64,000 nt of DNA from Planctomycetota bacterium (GTDB lineage Bacteria; Planctomycetota; B15-G4; SIAN01). The position numbers and the translations under genes were made by a program. Where the stretch lies: positions 96,001 through 160,000 of the forward strand of contig JANNXA010000009.1 in the NCBI GenBank assembly GCA_031409275.1. The letters are read 5' to 3'. Shown here piece after piece: positions 48,571-56,895 of the stretch. The notes under the pieces were generated by a model, which was not told the origin of the DNA, ran no database searches, and saw only the letters and a list, made by a program, of their open reading frames with translations. The stretch's first letter is position 1. Each line of letters begins with the position of its first letter.

Positions 48571-49644
48571 TTAGCGGTCGCGCGCCGCGACGTCGACGAT
48601 CAGCGGCGACCAGCCGAGACCGTCGGGTCCCTTGCCGGTGGCGAGCGTGCCGACCTGAGTGCGCGCCGTCAGATCGAGGATGGAGACGAGATCGGCGTTG
48701 CCGTGGGCGATGTAGGCGAGCCGGCCGTCGGGGTGGACGAGGATGCCGATGGGAACGGAGCTGGCGGCGAACTCGTCGCCGAGCGTCGACGCGTCGACGG
48801 CTCCGGCGGGCCGCGCCAGCGAGGTGGCGATCCGCGCGACGAGCTTGCGCTCGACGGCGTCGAACAGCGCCACGTCGCCCGACTTCGCGCAGCTGACCAA
48901 CGCGAAGCGGCCGTCGGGAGTGACCTTCGCGCGAATCGGAAAGCTCGCGCACGGCAGCGTGGCGACCACGGCGTGGCTCGCGACATCGATGACGCAGACC
49001 GTGTCGGCCGCGCGGTTGGCGGTCCAGACGAACGCTCCGTCCGGCGTCACGTCGACTCCCTCGCAGCCGGCGCCGCTCTTCACGTTGCCAAGCGACTTCT
49101 CGGCGACGAGGTCGAGGATCGTGAGGGTGCCCGAGCCGACGTTCGCGGTGAAGGCGAGTTCCAGCTTCGGGCCGAGCGCGACCATGTGCGACCCTTCCTG
49201 GGCGGTCGCGATCACGGCGTCGACTTTGCCGCTGTCGAGGTCGACGATGAGGAGCGCCTTGCTCGTCTCGGAAGTGACCGCGACCCGCGCCTCTTCCCCC
49301 ATCCAGGCGATGCCGTGGGGCCGACGGTGCGGCGAGAGGTCGATCGTCTTCAGTTTCTTCGCGCTCGGAACATCGAAGAGGGTGAGCGTCGAGCCCGGTT
49401 GCTGCTCGCCGTAGTCACAGACGACCGCCGTGCGACCGTCCGGGCTGACGATCACCTCGTGCGGGCCGACGCCCGTCGCCACGCGCGTGACCTCCTTGCC
49501 GAGCGCGAGGTCGATCAGCGACGCGCTCGCCTCCGCCTTGTTGAGGACGATCAGCGTGCCGGTCGCGGCGGCCGTCGCGGGCGTCGCCACCGGCGCCTGG
49601 ACGAAGAGTTGCGCGAGCACGAAGAGCGTGGCGGCGAGCGGCAT
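48571..49644 (-). CDS. Exported YVTN beta-propeller protein
   Basis: Signal peptide; TGVGPHEV, RPHGI, SHMV, GCEGVDVTPDG and TGKGPDGL repeats. Confidence 0.85.
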   Translation of the reverse strand: MPLAATLFVLAQLFVQAPVATPATAAATGTLIVLNKAEASASLIDLALGKEVTRVATGVGPHEVIVSPDGRTAVVCDYGEQQPGSTLTLFDVPSAKKLKTIDLSPHRRPHGIAWMGEEARVAVTSETSKALLIVDLDSGKVDAVIATAQEGSHMVALGPKLELAFTANVGSGTLTILDLVAEKSLGNVKSGAGCEGVDVTPDGAFVWTANRAADTVCVIDVASHAVVATLPCASFPIRAKVTPDGRFALVSCAKSGDVALFDAVERKLVARIATSLARPAGAVDASTLGDEFAASSVPIGILVHPDGRLAYIAHGNADLVSILDLTARTQVGTLATGKGPDGLGWSPLIVDVAARDR

Positions 49645-49739
49645 CAGCGGACTCCAGCAGCGGTGACGAGGGCGATTCGCTCGACCCCGTACTGCGGGTC
49701 GCGGGCACCGTTCCGACGGCCGCATGGACGCCCGCATCG

Positions 49740-49862
49740 ATCGGATTCAGAACTCAGACTCGTTGATGTAAACAACGTTTCAACAAGATCAATGTTCATA
49801 CGATTTGAGATAAATGAGCCGCCTATAAGTGAATTTCTGATGATATTAATGATCGATCGTTC
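49740..49862. promoter_or_regulatory. AT-rich divergent promoter/operator region upstream of glnA
   Basis: Strongly AT-rich in a GC-rich background; inverted repeat GTTGA-N13-TCAAC at 49762-49784. Confidence 0.55.
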
Positions 49863-49913
49863 GACCCAACGCCCTCGCCTCGACGAGGGCCGTCCCCACC
49901 CCGACGGAGCCGG

Positions 49914-51359
49914 ATGACCATGGAACCGACCAGCCTGCGCAGCTTCCTCGAGATCCCCTACGACCAGCTCGAGGAGATGAACCTCGCCGCCAAGCAGCAG
50001 CGCATCGACCGCGTCGACCCGGCCAAGGTGAAGGCGGAGCGGGTCAAGTACCTCGCCGGCGAGAAGCGCATCAAGGCCGTCACCGTCTGCTTCAGCGACC
50101 TCGAAGGTCGCCTGCACATGCTCGACTACGACAAGAAGTTCCTGCTGAAGTCGTACGACAACCTCACCTTCGACGGCAGCTCGATCCGCGGCTTCTCGCA
50201 GCAGTCGGAGTCGGACTTGCGCCTCGGCGTCGACTGGCCGGCGACCTACTGGCTGCCGAGCGACGTGTTCGGCGCCGGCAAGGTGCTCGTCTTCGGCGAA
50301 GTGCTCGATCGCGAGGGCAAGGCGTACTCCGGCGACATGCGCGGCGTCCTGAAGCAGTACCTGACCAAGCTCTTCAACAAGGATGGCTCGACCTGCTACG
50401 CCGCCAACGAGATCGAGGGCTTCCTCTTCAAGGGGCGCGATGCCGAGCGCCACTTCCATGAGACCGGCAAGTTCGAGTACGTCTCGACCGGCGGCTACTA
50501 CCACTCGCTGCCGACCGACCCGCTGCGCAACTTCATCGACGCCGCGGCCGAGGCGCAGCGCGCGATGGGATTCGAGAACGAGAAGGACCACCCCGAGGTG
50601 GCGCCCTCGCAATTCGAGATGAACTTCTCCTACGCCGAGGCGCTGATCGCGGCGGACCAGTACCAGCTCTACAAGCTGCTCTGCCGGCAGATCGCGCAGC
50701 GGATGGACATGACGGCGAGCTTCCTCCCCAAGCCGGTCACCGGCATCAACGGCAGCGGCGCGCACACCAACATCTCCGTCGGCCGCAAGGGGAAGAACGT
50801 CTTCTTTGACAAGTCCGGCCAGGATGGCGTCAGCAAGCTCGCGTGGGAGTTCATCGACCGCATCCTGAACGCCGGCAGCGACCTCTGCCTCATCCTCAAT
50901 CCGAGCGTGAACGCCTATCGCCGCCTCGACCCGCACTTCGAGGCGCCCAACCAGATCAAGGTGTCGCCGATCGACCGCGGCTCGATGATCCGCATCCCGC
51001 TCGGCAACGAGCGCAGCGCCCGCATCGAAGTGCGCAGCGTCGGACCGGACACGAACATCTACCAGACGCTCTACGCCCTCTTCCGCACCGGTTTCGAGGG
51101 CGCCGGCTCCGATCCGAAGGACGAGGCGAAGCGGGCGCGCACGCGCTTCCTGCCCGACAACATTCAGGACGCCGTCCGCCTCTTCAAGCAGAGCAAGTGG
51201 ATGGTCGAACTCTTCGGCGAGTCGGTCCACGGCAAGTTCGCCGAGGTGAAAATGGCCGCCGCCGATCGCTGCGCGAAGCTGCTCGGCACGACGGTGAAAG
51301 CCGGCGAGGTCCAGTTCCACCACGAGGTGACCAACCAGTACCTGTGGAACCGCTTCTGA
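49914..51359 (+). CDS. glnA: Glutamine synthetase (type I-like)
   Basis: FDGSSIRGF, ESDL, HPEVAPSQFE, FLPKP, NGSGAH, NAYRRL...EAP and RIEVR. Confidence 0.9.
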   Translation: MTMEPTSLRSFLEIPYDQLEEMNLAAKQQRIDRVDPAKVKAERVKYLAGEKRIKAVTVCFSDLEGRLHMLDYDKKFLLKSYDNLTFDGSSIRGFSQQSESDLRLGVDWPATYWLPSDVFGAGKVLVFGEVLDREGKAYSGDMRGVLKQYLTKLFNKDGSTCYAANEIEGFLFKGRDAERHFHETGKFEYVSTGGYYHSLPTDPLRNFIDAAAEAQRAMGFENEKDHPEVAPSQFEMNFSYAEALIAADQYQLYKLLCRQIAQRMDMTASFLPKPVTGINGSGAHTNISVGRKGKNVFFDKSGQDGVSKLAWEFIDRILNAGSDLCLILNPSVNAYRRLDPHFEAPNQIKVSPIDRGSMIRIPLGNERSARIEVRSVGPDTNIYQTLYALFRTGFEGAGSDPKDEAKRARTRFLPDNIQDAVRLFKQSKWMVELFGESVHGKFAEVKMAAADRCAKLLGTTVKAGEVQFHHEVTNQYLWNRF

Positions 51360-51494
51360 TTCGCAGCGGGCCGACGGCGCAGGGCGCCATCGGACGCTGA
51401 GATCAGGGGCGGGGTTGCGCCCGCTCGCGGGATGACTGCAAAGCGGCACGGCGCGCGGACCTCGAAGCGGAGGGACGCGCGACGTGCCGCTGGC

Positions 51495-51680
51495 TGCTGA
51501 ATCCCCGCCGCGACGGACAGCAGCCCGACGCCAAGTTCGTGGAGCGGCTTGCCGAGGGGCGCGCGGACCAGCACGCTCTCCGCCGGATTGTCGGGGTCGT
51601 ACCCCACCGCGACCGGCTCGCCGTCCCGCGCCTTGCGCCACAGCTCGGTCGCCGCGTCCGAAGTAGCGTCTCTGCGCCGG
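51495..51680 (-). pseudogene. Gene remnant resembling a DUF3592-like C-terminus
   Basis: ELWRKARDGEPVAVGYDPDNPAESVLV followed by a hydrophobic stretch, with no N-terminal half. Confidence 0.35.
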
Positions 51681-51682
51681 GG

Positions 51683-53086
51683 CTATCGCTCCACCGCTCC
51701 ACTCGGCTCCGGCACCTCGCGGTCGGTGGCGATCGTCACCTCGAGCCGCGCCGGGTAGAGGCGGCCGCGGTCGTCGTAGCGTCGCGCGTGTTCCAGCAGC
51801 GTCGCCAGCGACAGCTTCGCGCTCACCTTGCGCTTCTCGCCGTTCACCACCAGTTCGATCGGCTTGGCGAGGTCGACCATCTTCGGATGGAGGCGCAGCG
51901 CCAGCTTGCGCACGTTCTTCGTGGTGAGCTCGATCTGGTTGCCCGGCTTCCACTCCGCCGCCGCCTCCTGCAGCAGGGCCGCGGCGGGCGTGCCCGCGGC
52001 AGCAGGAATCAGCTCGACCCAATGCACGTGGTTGAACTCGATCGGCCGTCCCTTGCGCCACGTGTGCTCGGGCCACGAAGGCTTGCGCGGCTCCGCCTCC
52101 TCGTAGCGCATCGAGCCGCCTCCGCGCGCGAAGACGCGTGGCCGATAGGGATCGCGCGGATGGGCAGCGAAGAAATCGAAGAGCTTCGGTACCTCGTCCT
52201 CGAAGATCTCGTGGCCGCCCGGCTTCTCGACGATGACCCAGTCGAAGCGGTGCTCCTCGAGCCATGCGCGCATCTTGCGGTTGTGGTCGGCGATGCCGTA
52301 CGGCTCGTCGCGGCCGTGAGTCGCATAGCCGGGGATGTTGAAGAGGTTCAGGATCGAGCGGTCGGCGACGTAGTCGTAGCCGCCGCTCATCGGGCCGACC
52401 GCGCCGAAACGGTCGGCGAAGTAGATCGCGGCGCGCCACGAGAAGTGGCCGCCCATCGAATGGCCGGTGACATAGACGCGATCGGGATCGATGTGCAGGT
52501 CGCGCGAGAGCTTCGACACCGCGCTCAGGAGCAGCGAGTTGCCGGTCCACATCCAACCGCGCCCGGTGGCCGGCGCCGCGAGGATCACGCCCTTCGCGGC
52601 GGCCGCGTCGGTGAAGCAGCGGATGTAGTCGCGCGCGGTCAACTCCGCCCGCTCCTGCGACATCTCCGCGTTGCCGCCGTGGCCGACGATGACGAGCGGC
52701 CACGCCTTGGCCGCGTCGTACTCCTTCGGCACGAAGAGGCTCATCGTGGTGTCGTAGTCCACATAGTCGTTGGCGAGCGGCACGCCATCGACCAGCGTGC
52801 CGGGCGCGATCGGCGGCGCGGGGTAGCTCGCGCGGCCGGCTCGCAGCAGCGCCTCGACGTCACCGATCTTCTGCTTGTTGCGCTCGAGCTTCGCGACGAG
52901 TTCGCGGGTGGCATTTGCCGCGCCGTCGAACCGAGTGTCGAAGTAGTGATCGAGCGCGACAGCCAGCTCATTCGCCGGCGCGTCGGCGACTTGCGCGCGT
53001 AGCTCGCCGATCGCCACGAGAGAGAGCGTCGCCATCCACGCGAGCCCGACCACCACCCGACCGATCCTCGTCTGCACCATTCGCAT
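51683..53086 (-). CDS. Exported alpha/beta hydrolase (esterase/peptidase-like)
   Basis: PLVIVGHGG, IDPDRVYVTGHSMGG, HGRDE and GGHE. Confidence 0.85.
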   Translation of the reverse strand: MRMVQTRIGRVVVGLAWMATLSLVAIGELRAQVADAPANELAVALDHYFDTRFDGAANATRELVAKLERNKQKIGDVEALLRAGRASYPAPPIAPGTLVDGVPLANDYVDYDTTMSLFVPKEYDAAKAWPLVIVGHGGNAEMSQERAELTARDYIRCFTDAAAAKGVILAAPATGRGWMWTGNSLLLSAVSKLSRDLHIDPDRVYVTGHSMGGHFSWRAAIYFADRFGAVGPMSGGYDYVADRSILNLFNIPGYATHGRDEPYGIADHNRKMRAWLEEHRFDWVIVEKPGGHEIFEDEVPKLFDFFAAHPRDPYRPRVFARGGGSMRYEEAEPRKPSWPEHTWRKGRPIEFNHVHWVELIPAAAGTPAAALLQEAAAEWKPGNQIELTTKNVRKLALRLHPKMVDLAKPIELVVNGEKRKVSAKLSLATLLEHARRYDDRGRLYPARLEVTIATDREVPEPSGAVER

Positions 53087-53280
53087 CGCCGCTCCCGACG
53101 TTTCGTCCCCAAGTCGCCATTCGACCGCCGTCTCGATCGCGAGTTCCGACGGCAATGGCGCGCGCTCTTCGCGCCGTGCGCGAGCGCACACGATTCCTTT
53201 CACTCCTGCTTCAACGACCATTTTGGCACGCCGTTGGATGAGTGTCCCTTGCCTGAACCGAATCCTCCTGAGAGACGTCG

Positions 53281-53874
53281 ATGTCCTTGCGCATGCCAGG
53301 TTGTGCCGGCCTCGCCCTGGTCGTGTTCGCGTCGCTGCCCGGCAGCGGACACGCCCAGGGTGAAGGCCCGTTCATCCAGCTCGAACCGCGCGCGATGGCG
53401 CGGGTCGTCTACTTCTCGCAGACCGGCCTCGCGGGTGAGTACGCGATCGAGTACGGCAAGCCGGAATGGAAGAGCGAGTACGACTCCCAGTTCGAGAAGC
53501 TCACTCGAGGTCAGCGCCTGCGACTCGGCCGCGATTGGTGGACGACGCTCAACACCTTCTGCGTGCTCAAGTTCGGCGAGAAGAGCGAGCTCAAGCCTGG
53601 CGAGTACTTCCTTGCGCTCGACTGCTCGGACAAGGGCGAGTGGAGCCTCGTCGCGCTCGACCCGGAGCCACTGCGCAAATCGAAGTTCGACGCCTTCGGC
53701 AGCTCGCAGACGAAGGGTGGCACGAAGATCCCGCTGCAGTACGCCACGACCAGCGACTCGGTGAAAGAGCTGACGATCCAGTTCGTCGCCGACCCGCAAT
53801 CGACCAAACAGCAGACGCTCGAGATCCGCTTCGGCAAGCATCGCCTCACCGCGCTGGTGAAGCCGACGATCTGA
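53281..53874 (+). CDS. Exported DUF2911-domain protein
   Basis: Signal peptide; AIEYGKPEW, RLGRDWWTT and LKPGEYFL. Confidence 0.78.
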   Translation: MSLRMPGCAGLALVVFASLPGSGHAQGEGPFIQLEPRAMARVVYFSQTGLAGEYAIEYGKPEWKSEYDSQFEKLTRGQRLRLGRDWWTTLNTFCVLKFGEKSELKPGEYFLALDCSDKGEWSLVALDPEPLRKSKFDAFGSSQTKGGTKIPLQYATTSDSVKELTIQFVADPQSTKQQTLEIRFGKHRLTALVKPTI

Positions 53875-53879
53875 GGTTG

Positions 53880-54057
53880 CCACTGCGCGGAGCCTTGGGT
53901 CGCTGAGAGACCACGCCGAGCCGAGGACCGAACTGGAACGAGCAAGGCGCTGAGACAAGCGCTTCGCTGAACTGAAACAAGCACTCCAGCAAACCCCGAG
54001 CGCTGGAGTGTCACCCCGGAGCGGGGCTGCGTGCCATCACGCGGCCCCGCTCTTTTT
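53880..54057 (+). ncRNA. Candidate structured small RNA / 3'-UTR RNA
   Basis: Several hairpins with recurring CTGA(G/A)A, ending in an intrinsic terminator; no known family recognised. Confidence 0.3.
54019..54057 (+). terminator. Rho-independent terminator
   Basis: 15-bp stem GAGCGGGGCTGCGTG-CCAT-CACGCGGCCCCGCTC followed by TTTTT. Confidence 0.85.
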
Positions 54058-54160
54058 CGTGAAGCGCCGTCTTGCTTGCGGCTCGCCGCCAACGACACGG
54101 CCCGCGACCGTCGCGGAGAGCGACGAGCGCGGGCCGGCCGAGCGATCGCGAACGGAGGGG

Positions 54161-54946
54161 TCAGCCCCCCTTCTCGCCCTGCTCCTGCTTCTTCAACGAC
54201 TGGAACTCCTTCAGGAGCTCCTTCGCCGTCTTCTTGCCGACGATCTTCTTCAGCGGCTTGGCCTCGGGCTTCTCCGCATTCGGATCGAGCACGAACAGCA
54301 CCGGCTGCTCCATCGACCCGACTGCGAAGCGCTTGGCCTCCTCGTTGTCGCGCGAGATCACGACGCGCGCCACCACGAACCTCGCCATCGCCGGGCTGAG
54401 CGTCTCATCGAAGAGCGCCTCCTCCAGCGCGGCCGAATCCTTGCCCTTGGTCGCGAAGAGGAAGAGCACGAGTTTGTCGTCCTTCTTCGCCTCGGCCGCC
54501 GCCGCCTCGAAGGTCGCGTGGAAGCTCTTCGTGTTCGCCTTGGCGATCTTCTCGATCTGCGCCTTCACGCTGGCCGAGTCGCGCCCGCCGAGCGGCTCGA
54601 TCACCTCGCCCTTGCTGTCGGTGAAGATCACCGTCGGGTAGCCGCGCACGCCGTACTTCTTCGACAGGTCGCTGTTCTTCTTGCCCCAGTCGCAGTCGAC
54701 GAAGACGTTGACGATCGACTTGCTGGCCTCGACCACCGCCTCATCGCTGAACGCACCTGCGCTCAGCTGCTTGCACGGGCCTCAGCCAAGGCTCGTGAAG
54801 AACATCATCATCGGCTTGCCCGACGACTTGGCCGCCTTCATGGCCGCCGCTGGTTCGTGGTTCCACGGGATCTTGCCGCCGTCTTGCGCGAGCGCTTCGC
54901 TCGCGAAGAGCGCGGTGGCGGCCACCGCAAGCAACGTCTTCATCAT
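54161..54946 (-). CDS. Exported thioredoxin-fold protein (two Trx-like domains), probable selenoprotein (Sec at TGA 54784-54782, G-U-G-P-C)
   Basis: ORFs 54782-55102 and 54161-54736 are in frame: MKTLL...GKPMMMFFTSLG-TGA-GPCKQL...VDCD...YGVRGYPTVIF; strong hairpin after the TGA. Confidence 0.9.
54746..54767 (-). promoter_or_regulatory. Putative bacterial SECIS element
   Basis: GCTGAGCGC-AGGT-GCGTTCAGC, a 9-bp stem with an AGGU loop, starting after a 14-nt spacer from the UGA. Confidence 0.75.
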
Positions 54947-55056
54947 TTGATTCCACTCCAGTTTCCGGGGACGCACCTCGGCTCCTGCCGAGCAGGTGCC
55001 ACGCGCGAACGGGCCACAGGATAGGCAAGCGAGCTCGCCGCTACGATTCGTCGCCG

Positions 55057-56394
55057 ATGGACCTCTTCGCCAAGTCGCCGGCCGAGCTTGCCCGCAGCGC
55101 ACCCCTTTCCGACCGCATGCGCCCCCGTTCGCTGGCGGAAGTGGTGGGCCAGGAAGAGGTGATCGGCCCCGGTCGGCCGCTGCGCCGCATCCTCGACGCG
55201 CGCGAACGGCCCCCCTCGATGGTCTTCTGGGGACCGCCCGGGACCGGCAAGACCACGCTCGCGCGCCTGGTGGCCAAGGACGCCGACCTCCCGTTCCTGC
55301 CGTTCAGCGCCGTGACCAGCGGGATCAAGGAGGTTCGTGAATCGATCGAGAAGGCGCGCGCGCGCCGCCGTGAGGACGGCAAGCCCGCGCTCGTCTTCGT
55401 CGACGAGATCCACCGCTTCAACCGCGCGCAGCAGGACGCCTTCCTGCCGCACGTCGAGGACGGGACGATCATCCTGGTCGGCGCCACCACCGAGAATCCG
55501 AGCTTCGAGGTGAACGCCGCGCTCCTCTCGCGCTGCCGCGTCTTCGTGCTGAAGGGGCTGTCCGACACGCAGGTGGTGGAACTGCTGCAACGGGCGCTGA
55601 CCGACGTCGAACGCGGACTCGGCGCTGAAGCGATCGACCTCGAAGAGCAGGCGCTCGAGCGGCTGGCCGGCCTCGCCAACGGCGACGCGCGCCAGGCGCT
55701 GAACCTGCTCGAGCTGTCGGTGCGCGCGACGCCGCTCGAAGAGGGACGTCGACGCGTCACGTTCGCCACGGTGCGCGACGTCACGCAGCGGCGCAACAGC
55801 AACTACGACGCGAGCGGCGACCAGCACTACGACGTCGCCTCCGCGCTGATCAAGTCGTTGCGCGGCAGCGATCCCGACGCGGCGATCTACTGGCTGGCGC
55901 GAATGCTGGAGAACGGCGAGGACCCGCTCTTCGTCGCGCGCCGCCTCGTCGTCTTCGCCAGCGAAGACGTCGGCAACGCCGATCCCCGCGGCCTCATGGT
56001 CGCCGTCGCTGCGATGCAGGCGACCCACTTCGTCGGCATGCCCGAGGCGCACTACGCGCTGGCACAGGCGACCGCCTACCTCGCGACCACGCCCAAGAGC
56101 AACGCGGCCGGCGCCGCCTACGCGAAGGCGGCGCACGACGTCGAAGCAACCCGCAACGACCCCGTCCCGCTCCATCTGCGCAACGCCGCGACCGGCCTGA
56201 TGCGCGGGCTGGGCTACGGCAAGGGCTACCAGTACGCGCACGATCAGCAGGACGCGATCGTCACCCACGCGCATCTGCCCGAAGCGCTGGCCGATCGGCG
56301 CTACTACGAGCCCAAGGAGGTCGGCCACGAAGCCGCCATCCGCCGCTGGCTCGCCGAACGCGAAGCGAAGCGGGCCGGGCGCGGCGGCAGCTGA
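55057..56394 (+). CDS. rarA: Replication-associated recombination protein A (RarA/MgsA)
   Basis: APLSDRMRP, GPPGTGKTT, DEIHRF, GATTENP, SALIKSLRGSDPDA, SEDVGNADP and VPLHLRNA. Confidence 0.97.
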   Translation: MDLFAKSPAELARSAPLSDRMRPRSLAEVVGQEEVIGPGRPLRRILDARERPPSMVFWGPPGTGKTTLARLVAKDADLPFLPFSAVTSGIKEVRESIEKARARRREDGKPALVFVDEIHRFNRAQQDAFLPHVEDGTIILVGATTENPSFEVNAALLSRCRVFVLKGLSDTQVVELLQRALTDVERGLGAEAIDLEEQALERLAGLANGDARQALNLLELSVRATPLEEGRRRVTFATVRDVTQRRNSNYDASGDQHYDVASALIKSLRGSDPDAAIYWLARMLENGEDPLFVARRLVVFASEDVGNADPRGLMVAVAAMQATHFVGMPEAHYALAQATAYLATTPKSNAAGAAYAKAAHDVEATRNDPVPLHLRNAATGLMRGLGYGKGYQYAHDQQDAIVTHAHLPEALADRRYYEPKEVGHEAAIRRWLAEREAKRAGRGGS

Positions 56395-56460
56395 AGACTC
56401 GCACGCGCTATCGTGCGCCGCTCGTCCCGTCGCCCCGATTTCCGCCGCAGGATCCCGCCG

Positions 56461-56895
56461 ATGCCGCAAGCCTTCCCGCACCACTATCACTGCGAACTCA
56501 CGATGAAGGACGATGCGTCGAGCGTCGTGAAGGCGGGTTCGCGTCCGCCGATCGTGGGCGGCAATCCACCCGAGTTCGACGGCAGCGACGCGTGGTGGGC
56601 TCCCGAGCACCTGCTGCTCGCCTCGCTGCAGATCTGCTTCCGCGGCACCTGGAACGCGCTCTCCGCGAAGCCGGGCATCAAGGCGTCGAAGTTCGCGACG
56701 CGCGCGCAGGCGACGCTGGAGAAGGGCGCCGCCGGCATCGTCTTCACCAAGATCGAGCTGACCGCGATGGTCACCGTCCCCGCCGCTCACGTCGAGGCGA
56801 CGAAGGAGCTGCTGGTCAAGGCGAAGAAGTTCTGCATCGTCTCGAACCAGCTGAAAACCGAGCCGACGCTGGTGGTCGAGGTCACGGCCGGCTGA
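56461..56895 (+). CDS. OsmC-family protein
   Basis: PPEFDG, WAPEHLLLASLQICF and AKKFCIVSN (both Cys present). Confidence 0.88.
   Translation: MPQAFPHHYHCELTMKDDASSVVKAGSRPPIVGGNPPEFDGSDAWWAPEHLLLASLQICFRGTWNALSAKPGIKASKFATRAQATLEKGAAGIVFTKIELTAMVTVPAAHVEATKELLVKAKKFCIVSNQLKTEPTLVVEVTAG

Noticed and set aside
53880..54010. TPP or glycine riboswitch, or hammerhead ribozyme (CTGAGA, GAGAGACC)
   Set aside because: The remaining conserved cores are missing, and no same-strand gene lies downstream.
21722..54784. Genome-wide UGA reassignment (code 4/25) or simple nonsense pseudogenes
   Set aside because: TGA ends many normal genes here. Both internal TGAs fall at the catalytic Cys position with hairpins behind them.
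8135..56394. A dedicated DNA-repair or defence island (AlkD, SMUG1, PA0069 radical SAM, RarA)
   Set aside because: The genes are scattered over about 48 kb among unrelated genes, with no integrase, boundary repeats or compositional shift.
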